Source of the DNA: Parasitella parasitica NRRL 2501
Taxonomy: Eukaryota > Fungi > Mucoromycota
Length of the DNA stretch: 64,000 bases
Direction of reading: 5' to 3'
Assembly: GCA_025201805.1 (NCBI GenBank)
Contig: MU619303.1
Coordinates: forward strand, 19,827-83,826
The translations under genes and the position numbers were made by a program. Of the stretch, positions 51,632 to 64,000 are shown in pieces (position 1 is the stretch's first letter; every line of letters begins with the position of its first letter). The notes beneath the pieces are model-generated. The model was not told where the DNA came from. It did no database searches and was given only the letters and a program-made list of their open reading frames with translations.

Positions 51632-52424
51632 TCAAGAGGAAGCTTGGGCTGCAGCTTGAGCACCAGCAAAAGAATCCATAATGTGAGCATAAGCAGGTAA
51701 GCGCTTAGCAAACAAAGCAGCCATACCGTTGATATCCTTGCGCCAATCACGACCTAATTCACAAGCAACACTAAACAGTTCATGAGTTGGATGCCAGCTT
51801 GTTGCATTCTCAACCAAGAAGCATCTCGAACAGCCTCAGAGAAAGTACCGGAAGCATCAGTGACAACAAAGACTTCATAGCCAGCCTTTTTGGCAGAAAG
51901 AGAGACAAAGGTAACACAAACATCAGTGAAGATACCTGAAATAATAAGTTGTTTTTTTCCAGTCTTCTTGATTGCCTAGAAGCGTAACGACACAATAGTT
52001 AGTATATATACACGCAAACATAAAAAATACACAAAAAGAAAGAAAGAAAAAAAAAAAAAAACTCCAGGCATACCTTGACAAATCGTTCATCATCCCAAGC
52101 ATTAATTTGCCCAGGTCTGGCAATGTAAGTAGAGTTGGGGAACAAGCTTTTAAGCTCAGGAAGCATGATACCGTTGGGACCATCCTCACGAGAAGTAGCC
52201 AAAATGGCAGGGACATTAAAGTACTTTGCACTTTCGGCAAGACCCATAAGATTGTTCAAGTATGTATCAGGGTTGTAGTCTTGGACCAGGTTCATGAGGC
52301 CAGTTTGGTGATCCACAAACAAAAAGAGAGCATCATCGAGGTTGAGACGATTGTAGAAATCGGCAGAAACAGTAGAGATCAAGGCAGCAGCACCGACAAA
52401 AGCAGCAGTAAGAGAGAAACGCAT
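51632..52424 (-). pseudogene. YcaC-type isochorismatase/cysteine hydrolase with signal peptide, carrying a 1-bp frameshift (pseudogene or assembly error)
   Basis: LFVDHQTGL, SREDGPNG, RPGQINAWD, GIFTDVCV, VVTDASGT, ELGRDWR. One intron. The conserved MNWFSVACEL reads aac tg- ttt agt, i.e. a missing G at about 51776. Confidence 0.75.
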
Positions 52425-53013
52425 TTTATAGAAGCTAGTGGCAAATACCAAGGATGTGTATAATAAGAAGTTAGTGTATTTGACTGTTTTGCCCTGTATT
52501 TATACTGTTTTCCTGCGGCTCTATTGAGATATGGTTTTTGGTGCGCTGCCAACAGAGAGGCTTTCACTTTGGTGCTTTGTAATGGTGATCTCATTTACAT
52601 TTCAAAGAGATTTGATGAATAAGCAAAAGCATTCTGTATACTAGCAAGGAAGAACTGATCTGTGTACACGATTAGCACATTGATATGTAAATCCCGCTAT
52701 ATGCAGTTTTGTCAAATCTTTGATTTAGAATAGCTTATATTGAAGAGTTCACAATCGTTTAATGTCACGAATAAAGCCAGAAGTATGTGCTGGCAAAACA
52801 ATTCATAATTTATTAAAATTGGGATGCACAGTATTCCATCGGCTTAATTGCAGCTTGATCCAGCTTTTTTTGATTGTTTCCTGTAGGTATGGCACACCAC
52901 CGCCATCTGGTGACTGCGCGAATAACACCCATATTTCAAATCAAAGCCAAGTTTAAGCATAGTATGTTGGTCTTTCTTTCATCTATAGACTCACCAAAGC
53001 ACATAAACCGACT

Positions 53014-56000
53014 ATGCTTACCGAGCTTGGCAAATACGAGCCGTATGGCAAGATATTTCTAGAGAATAAGCCTCACTTGGGACAAGAATGCAACCTAAAT
53101 CCCGTCATTGACTTTTCAGCCCGTGATACTTTTGACAATAAGAAAGCGCCGCCGCCATCAAAGACAATGCACAAGTTATTCAGCGTCAAAGACAACTTTA
53201 CAGTAGATATTGGTGACCGAGTGGATGAGCGAAACTTATATGAGACGGGCAAAATATATAATCCAGCGCTGCAATTAGAGCAAGAAGTTTATGTGAGAGG
53301 ATCAACAGTAGTGTGGAGTCAAGCCGGCTGCGTGATCAAGACGTTTGATTACAGTTCAGAGATCCAGCCTATACAGCAAGTCTTGTTTGCTTGGTTTCCT
53401 GTAACGTCTGCATTTTTCAAAAATGACCCCACTAATAAACCTGCTGTCGATGCTGTGTTGGACGATGTAGAGGGAGACAAGTATATGGTTGAAGGCTATT
53501 GGGATAAAAAAGGACCTCAATCTATTATCAACCTGAATAAGAACGTTGCCTTCAAAGACGATGAAATGGAAGAAGAGAATGATCTTGTCAAACGATTACG
53601 ACCGTTGAACAATATACCCGAGATTGAAGAAAAAGATGATTTTTTACAAAGGCGCACATTATGCATTGTGTTTCAAGACTGCATTAAATTACACTGCGAG
53701 GATGGCATTCATCTAACTGCTCATATACCCTTTGAAATCGGTCATGTTGTTCCGTTAGATATGGGCGTGCTCGTGAGCCGAAAGTATGTTCCTGAAAAGT
53801 TAAAGAGGGCTTCTGGTCGCCCTAGATCCTCAAGCATTACCAATTTAGCGACCCTAGCAGCCGGTATGAAGAAACCAACGCCCATAGAGAATACACTTTC
53901 GTTTTTTGTTACTGTTACTCACCCACTGAAAGGAGCCTGCCCTGTTAAATCAAAGGATGTGAACCATATCGGAATATCGACCTTGCCTGAACCATTGACA
54001 AGTCCTCAGAGGCTGCTGTTTGCCACTACCAAAGTATCTGATACAGGCCGATTACCTGTCATTGTAACGTTGAATCTCAAAGAAAATCGACATTATATCT
54101 GGACATATGAGCGACGCAAAGAAAAAAACCAACAAACGCTGCGAGCTCCCGCTAACATGACGCTACCTGTCAAACGCAAATCACACAATAATGCAGCACC
54201 ATTTGTCAAAAAAAAGTATAAATCTGGAGCTCCATTAGCCCTGAATCGAAGCAAAAAACAAAAAATAGACTCTCCCGCAAGGTCACATGCTCAGTTCCAT
54301 GAAGATTACGTTTCAGACGAAGAAGATTTGCACGAAAACGAAGTCGAAAAAGACATTTACAATGAAATGCTGGACCCCAGCGAGATTTCACTTCGTTTAT
54401 TATGGCGAGAACCAGCATACAAGTAAGTTATGCTTTTTTTTTTTTTTTTGGTTAGCCACTACAAATGTTGAACAAATTTTTGTTTTTTGTTTTTGTTTTG
54501 TAGGATACCAGCTAAATTAAAACCAAGCAGAAAAGTGAATTCAGAGGCATTCTTAATTCATGACTTGAAGGGGCAAGAGCTCATTTGCATAGTCAATCAC
54601 TCCATGGGCCATCTTCAAGTGGTCAATCTCGGTAAAGCAACCCATCTGGTTAGTAACTGCATTGAAATGAAGATACCTGCAAAATCTGCAGTTCCTATCA
54701 ATGCAACCAGAGATGGATATAATGACCTCTTATTCCTCGATGCTTCCAACAACCTTCAGCTATTCATCGATGCCTCCATGCCGCGCATGCCTCTTGGCAT
54801 GTCTGGCGTCACACAGCTCATGGATCCCGTATATGATCGTGTTACTGCTATATCTGAAAAAGGCATGTTTCGATATCAGATCAATGGTCGCTCGGAGACC
54901 TCACTTGTTCGAGATTGCTTTGCTGCTATAGACTGTGCCAATACCCTGTACTTTCCTAAAATATGGGCTCGCTATCTATCGCTTCAAAAAACTCCTTTGG
55001 ATGATGATCGTATTCACATCAGCGAATGGGAGAACTTTTTCGTTTCTCTTTTGTCGTTCCTCAGGGTCCAAAAACAAGGATATTACTATCGACAGCCTAA
55101 TTTCAAGAGCATCTCTTCGCGCGAGATCCAGTTGCAACAAATACGTGCATCGAACAACGATTTCTTGACAAAAGAACTCGGGTTTCCGTCTGCTGCAGCT
55201 GCTCATAACTTTGACTTTCTCCTGGATGAAAACTATTTCCAGGGAGTTCCCACAAGATGGATTGATCGCGTGGTTCATACTATTGTAGATGATGATGTTA
55301 TGGATATCTCGGTCTTTGTAGACATAGTCAACAGTCTCCATGTGGTTTACGAAGATTATCGCATCAAAAAGTCTATGATGGTGCATGCTAATTTGCTTGG
55401 ATACTTGCTCATGCAAAGCGCCATCATCCTGAAGAACAAAAATTACATTGATTATTATGCAAACCTTGGAATACAACCTTCTTTTACTGGAAATTGTAGC
55501 GTATCATTATCTAATTATGTATAATTCAGTGATTGCTGACTTTTTTTTTTATCTACTAGTACACCTTGTGGATGACCTGGTTGTAGACGAAGTCTTTTCT
55601 GAACCGCCTAATATCCAAGTATGTTTGAGACAGATGACGCCGTTTACAACGTCCAACCCTACTTTGTTGAGTTCTTTTGGAGTGAACACGCTAGAACCAT
55701 CTCTTGGACACTGTCGGAATACATATGCCAAGACTATCAAAGACCTCTGGGCTCTGTACGGCGCCATCAATCACGTCTCTAATGATAAGAGCATCTTATT
55801 GGATCGCATGATCCTTCATAGCATCACTCGCAAAGACATTGGGCTTTTGATCGAGTCGTTAGCAACCCCCATCTTGAATGTGCTGGATGACCTTCAGCTA
55901 AACCCCTTGGTACATTGGACCAAAGAAGCTTACAACATAATCGGCAGAGATGATATCTATCAGCAACTTCAGATGAGAGTAACTGTAAATGATCCCAATA

Positions 56001-58261
56001 CTGATACATTCAAGCTTCCGTTCTTAAAGGTATATATATATATATATATTTTAATATTTATACATATAATAGTTATGGATACGCGCATCTTCTTATTCCA
56101 GGCTCTAATTCAATTTGGTGATACATTTACGTAGGATTCTGCCCACCCTCAAAACATAAATGATTTGATGAAAGATTACTCTGCTACACCAGTTATAAAA
56201 TGCGTATACGAATCTGATGTGCTCAATATGGAGACAGAGCGGCTTCGATTTGGCTTTGGCGGCTTCATTGAAAAAGTTCGAGTTATGTTGGATGCAACAC
56301 GTATACCAGATCATACCACGCTTGAGAAGCCTGATCTGAACGACGAAGAACTGGCTGCTGAACATCAATCACAAGTTTCCATGTTGGTTCAACGTACATT
56401 GTCTTTGGCTGTTGGCCGTGCAATCTACGCGTTTGGAACGCATGTGCCTGATTTAACACGAGTGCTGCCGCTGGAGCCAATTACTTTGGCAGCAAAGATA
56501 TTGCCATTGCGCACAGTAGTAACATTAGACGATTCGTCTTGGAGCAAAGATTTTCTGCATTGGCCCCAGTTTCACAATGGCGTCGCGGCTGGTTTGAGAA
56601 TATCGCCTAATAATCAATGCAACGATTCCTGGATCGACTTTTGCGTTCCTCAAGAGCTGGATCCTCAAAGCGGCGGCGTATTGCTGGCTTTGGGCTTGAA
56701 TGGCATTCTAAAGAAACTTCCACTAGTGCACTGGTATCGTTTTGTGACGCAGCAATGCGACCTGGTCAATGTTGGCTTTATTCTAGGGGCTGGCCTTGCT
56801 TTCAAAAGCTCCAAAGATATCAAGGTGACCAAGGTACTAAGTGTGTATATTCCAGCACTGTTACCGCCTGCATCTGCCTCGTTCAACCATTCCAATGCGA
56901 TTCAGGCGACTGGTTTACTTAGTATGGGTCTGGTTTACATGAACTCTTGCGACAGATTGATGTCATCTATCATGTTGGGCGAAATAGGTAGACATGCTCT
57001 TAGCGATCCTTCGACTCTAGACGCAGATTATGAAGGTTGTGCGTTGGCTGCTGGCTTCTCTTTGGGCTTCATGACGCTGGGCCTTGGTGAAAATGCCCTG
57101 CCAGTTGTTGATCCACAGTTACGAAACAAGCTTTACAGCCTAATGACAGGACGAACAACAGAAGAAACTACAAGCTCTATCAATCTTGATGTTACATCGC
57201 CTGGAGCTACAGTAGCATTGGCTCTAATGTATCTAAAAACGGAAAACAGCCGTGTGGCAGAAGGCATTGAGTTGCTGGAAACAAGGCCTTACCTAAACTA
57301 CGTGCGTCCTGATTTCTTACTGATTCGAGTAGTAGCAAAGAACTTGATTATGTGGCGGACTATCCAAGCAACAGAAGACTGGATAGATGCGCAAATCCCA
57401 GACTTTTTCAACGACATAATGCTTGATAGCAACTCTTCTTTAGATATGGAGGTGTCGAAGCAAGCAATGTACAACATTATCTGCGGTGCCTGCCTATGCA
57501 TTGGATTACGATTTGCAGGATCAAAGAGTGCCATGGCATTCCAGTGTTTGTTGTCTCGTTTGGATGGCTTCACAAAGGAGCTAAACACACCTGCAACCAG
57601 TCCTCAGCAACGAGTAACTAAATGCGTCATCCGAACGGGCATAGATGTACTATGCACAGCAGCGGCAATGGTGATGGCTGGTACAGGCAATGGTGAGCTC
57701 TTACAGCGTTTAGAACTGCTGCATCATCGTGTTGCAGCAGACATGAGCTATGGCAACCATATGGCTGTTTCAATGTCGCTGGGCCTTCTGTTCGTGGGCT
57801 TGGGCGGCTACACACTAACAACAACAAACGAGGCCATTGCAGGCTTACTGTGTGCGTTTTACCCTTTCTACCCTATGACCACGAGCGATAATAGATATCA
57901 TCTGCAAGCATTTCGACATTTATGGGTATTGGCTGTGGATTCACGCTGGCTGATGCCCTATGATGTTGGCAACAAAAAGCCCTGCCGAGTGCCAATGAAG
58001 CTGGAAATTTACAATGATGATGTGGAGCGCAAAGTACGACAGGTGCGCATCGAAGCACCTTCTGTGGTTCCTGATTATAAGCTGATCAAGTCGATCAAGT
58101 TGGACGGAGACCGATATTGGCCATTGTCCATCAACATGTTAGATGACGGCAACTATCCGAAATCAATCATCAAATCAGGGGTTATTTATGTCCAAAGAAA
58201 AGACAAAAAGAAGAGTTATGAGGATGATCCCCATGGAAAGCGAAATCTTGCTTGGAAATGA
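53014..58261 (+). CDS. APC1: Anaphase-promoting complex subunit 1
   Basis: LHVVYEDYRI, QRTLSLAVGRA, WPQFHNGVAAGL, GVLLALGLNG, DVTSPGATVALALMYLKT, YVRPDFLLIR, YGNHMAVSMSLGLLF, DNRYHLQAFRHLWVLA. Three introns, the first at 54423-54503. Confidence 0.95.
56030..56049. repeat. (TA)n microsatellite at the 5' end of an APC1 intron
   Basis: gtatatatatatatatatat immediately after the GT donor. Confidence 0.85.
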
Positions 58262-58583
58262 TTCGAAAAATTCTAAACATGTGGAGGTTTATTTTTTTAT
58301 AAAGAGAGAATATCCTTCTTTTCAGTTTCTTTAGTCGTTTTCAATCAAATATAGTTCTTAACAAAAATGTCCTCTTTTTTCCCTCCCTATATATATATAA
58401 TAAATAAGGTAAGAGCAGGAAGATGGTGAAATTATACAAGTATATATAGAAAATATCAAGCAAAGAAAAAAATCGAGTTTTGTAGTGGGAGAAAAATAAG
58501 AGAAATTATAATAGAATTAATAGCATTTCAATGAAAAAGACAGAGACACAGAGAGAAAGCGGGAGATACATCAGCAATTTAAT

Positions 58584-59853
58584 TTATTTGGGAGGACTAG
58601 TAAAGAAACTGTTAGAACATTTTGCTCAAATTAAAAAATTTACTTAAACTTACTTGTAAACAATCTTTCTAGTCTTGAGAGGAGCCCACTTGAACTTCTT
58701 GAGGTAAACAGACAAAGCAACTAAACCAACAGTGATAACAGTAGCCTTCATGCCCATCTTCTTACGTTCATCATGCTCGGGTTCGGCAGCCCATGCAAGG
58801 AAAGTACAAACATCTTTTGCCATTTGAGAAGCAGTAGCAGGAGTGCCATCTTCATATTCAACAACACCGTCAAAGAGGGTTTGAGCCATGGCAATGGCAC
58901 CACCGGGGAAGTAAGGGTTGTAGTTCAATCCTTCACGAACTTCAACACCTCCAGGAGCATCAACATAACCTGTAAGAAGAGCAAAAACATAGTCCTGTAG
59001 TTATATCCATTAGTAATTGTCAGAAAGGGCGCTTTTTGCGGTTAAATGTACCTCACCACCATGGCGAGCCTTAGTGATCAAAGAAAGATCTGGAGGTAAA
59101 GCACCAGCATTAGCAGCACGAGCGGCTTCTTCATTAGGATAGGCTTTGGGCATATAGTCAGCAGGCTGTTTACGCACAAATTATAAGAATCAAATAACAA
59201 AATGCTCAAATTTGTCAATTTTACCTTGCCAGGTCTCATAAACATCTCACCATTCTCATCAGGTCCATCTTGATATTCGAATTCTTCAGCCATAGTCTTA
59301 ATTTCTTCTTCGGTGTGAGAAACGTCGATCAAGTTTCTCCATGCAATACGGTCAAGGGAATGACAAGCGGAACAAACCTCTCTGTAAACTTGATAACCAC
59401 GACGAATACTAGAATATAACCATGTCAAATTACTGTCGACCTCAACATCTCAAGACATGAATACGTACGAAGCATGATCAAAAGTATCTAAAGGACCGCT
59501 ATGGGGCCAAGGATGACTGGGAGGATGGAGACCTTCATCAGCCATATTGGCAGAAGCATCGACATACATGTAGGTCAAAGCAGTGGCACCAATGATACCA
59601 GTAGTTACAGCAGTAGCTTGCTTGTTAGAATGCTATTAAGAAAAATAAATACATTGTGTTAACGATACATCAATACTGAACTTACACCAGCAAAGCTAGG
59701 TTTGGTTGAAGCAAAGCGAGTCTATAAGTGTGTAGTGGGTTAAATCTCCAATGTTGATGATATTTTGATTTTTATTCTCGTAATTTTTCTTACCTGTTGA
59801 GACAATTGCTTAACAGAACGTCTGGCAGTTTGAGAAGCAATTCTAGAGAGCAT
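58584..59853 (-). CDS. CYT1: Mitochondrial cytochrome c1
   Basis: Presequence; [36 protein letters not shown] (CXXCH); [12 protein letters not shown]; [14 protein letters not shown]. Terminal 13-nt exon gives YNPPK*. Confidence 0.97.
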
Positions 59854-60572
59854 ATTTCAAACCTAGAAAAAAAAAACAGAGTAGGGAGGAGGGGGGTTTT
59901 TTTAGAAAATAAAAGAAAAAGATTAGAGTAAAGAGAAAGGTTTTTACAAAACACAACCACCACCTTCGGGGTCTACAATCAAATAAAAACAATAGGAGGG
60001 AGCTTACGATCAGGTAAACATAATCCCCAGGGTGATGAGACTTTTTTTTTTACAGGCGTCAGAGGGGCCAAAGAACATTGAATGTTCCCTTTCAATGGCG
60101 AATAATACTCGGAGTTTATGATTGATTTGATGAATATTCATTTCACTGATCTGTTGCAATGTATTTTGACAGCTGGATGCTCTTATTTCCATGCTCAACC
60201 AGGCAATTTTCTGGCATGTCTTTTTGACCTCAATCCCTGCTATCTTCTTTCTCGATTAGCTGCAATTTGCAGAGGTTATTTCTCCGTAATATTGGATGAA
60301 AAACCAGTATTCAATCAAATATTTCAAATCATCTATACATTCAGCTCTTTATCACGACACTTTTACGCTTTAATTGCTACATTTTTATTACTTTATCAAG
60401 CTAATATCAGTGGAATACATCAACCATAGCTTCCATTTCCATTGAACATCCGCAGAAGTGCACTTCTACGTCACCTTTTCCTCTACTGAGCGAAAAATTT
60501 TGTCTTCCTCTTTCTTACAAGTATTGCTCGAAAGAATTAACACGTCTTTCAACCACACATACATACAACAAA

Positions 60573-61123
60573 ATGAGGTATTTACATTTATATACAGAAA
60601 TCAATCACTGGAAATAAATCTCGACATCTCAAACTAATGTCTCGCTTATCTTGGTTCATCTAGTTCCATTGCCAACAAGCCACGATCAGAAATGACTGAG
60701 GAAGAGCTTCGTCAACAAGAAGAACTTGAATTTAACACTGGTCCGCTTTCTGTTTTGCAACAATCAGTTAAAAATAACAATCAAGTTTTGATCAGTTGTC
60801 GTAATAATCATAAATTGTTGGCTCGTGTTAAGGCATTCGATCGTCATTGTAACATGGTGCTTGAACATGTCAAAGAAGTATGTGTAAAAAATGGCCAGCA
60901 GACACAAACTGTATTAATAATACGTTTTTCCTTAGATGTGGACAGAAACACCTCGTAGCGGAAAGGGAGCAAAGGCAAAACCTGTTAACAAGGATCGCTA
61001 TGTAAGCAAGATGTTCCTTCGTGGCGATACCGTTGTCCTCGGTAAGTGTTGCCTTTTTTTTTTTTTTTTTTTTCAATGTCAATGTTTTAACGCAACACTT
61101 TAATAGTTCTTAGAAACACTTAA
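60573..61123 (+). CDS. SMD2: Small nuclear ribonucleoprotein Sm D2
   Basis: [48 protein letters not shown]|[26 protein letters not shown]. 5-nt first coding exon. Confidence 0.96.
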
Positions 61124-63617
61124 TAAAAAATACATTCGACATTTTTTTTATGTTCTTACACTCCTGCTTCATATTCACGAAACACGCTCACATACATGCC
61201 CACCCGCCCACCTTTGTCCAATCGAAAAATTGAAATAATAAACAGAAACGATAACATTTAAAATGTTCCAAGATAATTAAACGGTTTTTATACAAGATTT
61301 TTCGATGTGGATTATTGGTTTCTTGAGACATGAAAAATATATTTTGTTTTATTTATTGTTGTTTTATAGCAGGTCAACATTCCAGCCACAAATCAAGATA
61401 CAGTTTAGGATCTTTGCTATTTGTATACCATTTACATCAACCAATGACTATGACCAGTCATCGGCAGTTATGTGGGTAATCGATTGAATGTTATACTAAT
61501 AGCGCTTCACAAATACTATTTTGTCATCATAAGAATCTTAATGTGCATGAATAACTGCACAAGGCATAGGTGTTCATGTAAGTGCATCCTGTTTACTTCT
61601 CTAAGGACTATGACAAATGGTAGGTTGTATACAGTGAAGTATGAATATCAGATTCCAACGTCTTTAGCAATTGCTAAACATAGAAATCTGAAGAAAAACT
61701 ATTTTGTAATGCTTCTGTTGTTGTCCATTCCATTCCAGTGTTTGAGCATTTAAAAGATCCGGGTTGCACCTGTTACAAACTCTTTATTGTAAAAAGCGCC
61801 ATACATCATTACAATCAGTTTATATCATGCATTAAGTCAATAAACGCATATTCGTTTTGATACACAGGAAAATAAAATCGTGTTTTAAGCTAGATTAAAA
61901 CAGGCATAATCACGACTATCTGAGCGTAACAACTTGATATAATTTTAACAGACATTTATAGACATCCGGTCGTTAGTATCAGCAAATCGGAACCGAGATC
62001 TAACTTGGAAAACTTAGTGTTGATTCACTTCTGTAATAAAAAGTGTAAAAACAACAATAGATACAATTTAATTCCTTCTTTATTTTCGGAATAGGATATC
62101 ATGCAAAGGTTAGACATTTCTACTCTATTTATATTCGTTGTTGTAAACGGTCTGTCTGTCAGTTACGCCGTAACTGTCAGTCAAGTTTTTCTGTATTTGA
62201 TTTTACATAATCAAGTACGGTATTCTAATATCGATGTTTCTGACACATTTGCAAATGATATGCATGGGCCAGTCCTTACATTGGTCTATGCGTTCCAAAT
62301 GTGGTGTGTGGTACGATTTATTTTCATAGATGCTTCGCGGTTTCACGGTTAGATATTTAGGTAATCTGTTTATTAGCTTGATTTGGTATCTCTAAGGTAG
62401 CTCCGTAAGAGATGACATTCAATTACTTTTTGTGAGAAGTTCTATCACATCAGCACAACCTCTATTTGGAAACAGCATTCATATCTATGTTTTCATTGAC
62501 ATCTATAAAATTATCAGATGATATCACAAATTAACATATCAGAATTGCATATAATCGATGATACGCTTCGATAATAACCAAAATAAACACTGTCTTATGC
62601 GCCATAAGAACAGGCATGATCATCGCTATCTGAGCATAACTTGATTTCCAATGGCCGATGTCTCTATCAAAAATTATCTGCAAAAACACTTTCGCGTTTT
62701 TGGTGTCGGAGTTGTAAATTGTAATCACGTGGCATGGCGGGTTGTAAAATGTGTGAAAGGCAGACAAGTTTAGGATATTCTATATCCATGGAATTCATCA
62801 TAAATAGCAGGATGACACGATCATTGAAGATAACTATTTCGCAGGTAAGAAAATGAATGGTTTCTCATACAAGCCATTTAACAATTATGAACTCAATTGT
62901 TGTATCCATATAAAGGCTATATATCTGTCATATCTACCATAGTTATTATGTACGGATTATGATATTAATCGTTGGTAATTCTTTGAGAAATAAGAAATAA
63001 GCTACAAGTTGTAATTAAGCCTCTTGCAAGATTCTAGGCTTATTCAAAGATTACATCAAGATCAGGTCGTAGGATGCCGGGAAGATATTCTTCCCAGTCC
63101 TCTCTTATTGCCAAACAACAGATGTAATGTGGATAAACATTGATTATAGTATAAATAGAGATCATATCTTACGTCAATAAAAGACTTCAATTTTGTATCT
63201 GGCTTCATTCAGAAAAATTCTTTATTACTTCTTTCGTATAACATTTACACAACATTTTGCTGCGCCTTTTGACAATGGCACAACTGGCTTGGCACTATCT
63301 GGCAAAAACATTTGCGTAAGTTGTATCATTGATGTCTAGGAAGCTATCAGCACAAACGATTGATATTTAACTTGTATTATTGAGATCTCTCAGAATAGGA
63401 ATTACTATATAAATGACAATTACTAAAATATATGCAATTGTCAAGCTATGTAGCATTTCCCACAGAAGCATTATAAGAGTAATTTGCACTTGGTGATTAT
63501 TATATTTATATCTAATTCACTCAGTTAATGATCATCCTAAAGTATCCCACAGCTTAAAGCAAACAGTATAAATAGCTATAAATACATTTATTCATTAACA
63601 AGTTGGGATTACCCCGA

Positions 63618-63820
63618 TCGGCCCATTTGGGCCGACCCTTCCATAATAAATTTCTCCACAGAAATTGAAGATAACATGTTAAAAACTCTTTTTAATATTG
63701 AAATGGGTGTTCTTGTCAGCGATCTAATTGATTTTGTTTGAAAAAAGTGAAAATTGAGCTATCAGGGATTGATTTTCCGGAGGCTGTTTTGCCCGATTTT
63801 AATCAGCCCAAATGGGCCGA
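63618..63820. mobile_element. Possible MITE or DNA-transposon remnant bounded by 18-bp inverted repeats
   Basis: TCGGCCCATTTGGGCCGA (63618-63635) and TCAGCCCAAATGGGCCGA (63803-63820) are reverse complements with one mismatch. Both are GC-rich islands in AT-rich DNA. Confidence 0.45.
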
Positions 63821-64000
63821 CTTTTCGATTATATATAATTTGTATAGTGTATAACAATTTATAAAAAAAAAATTTATAGAAATGTACTTAAGTTAATGTA
63901 GAATTATTCAAGAGCTGTTGGCGAGACCAAACTTCTTGTATATGTCTGTCATGACAAGGTTTGCACATGGGCACATCTGGGTTACAAGTGCAAGATTTCT

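Overview
Eukaryotic, intron-rich fungal DNA. Short introns, long poly-A/T runs, two chitin synthases and the style of the proteins point to Mucoromycota/Mucorales; this is an inference. The window holds about 21 protein-coding loci, in order: a 5'-truncated GPAT/DHAPAT-like acyltransferase, GT71 mannosyltransferase, RRG9/neugrin, NHP6, class IV chitin synthase, a CBS-domain protein, a division-1 chitin synthase, CNNM/MAM3, RPS27, a PiT/PHO89 phosphate transporter, a low-complexity hypothetical protein, casein kinase I, FAR11/STRIP, a short CAF-1 large-subunit-like gene, a small protein with five GoLoco-like repeats, TSR1, a WDR53-like WD40 protein, RPB10, APC1, CYT1 and SMD2. It also holds a disrupted GNAT acetyltransferase, a signal-peptide YcaC-type isochorismatase with a 1-bp frameshift, a decayed LINE reverse transcriptase, several apparent gene or TE relics, microsatellites and two assembly gaps. 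The most striking unexplained item is the 40088-40883 protein, whose repeats resemble the GoLoco/GPR G-alpha-i GDI motif known mainly from animals. Smaller signals are tandem RFX X-boxes upstream of the class IV chitin synthase, a stem-loop between the branch point and 3' splice site of the NHP6 5'UTR intron, and a GC-AG intron in casein kinase I. Exon boundaries were read by hand from GT/AG sites and frame continuity. No tRNA, rRNA or CRISPR array was seen.
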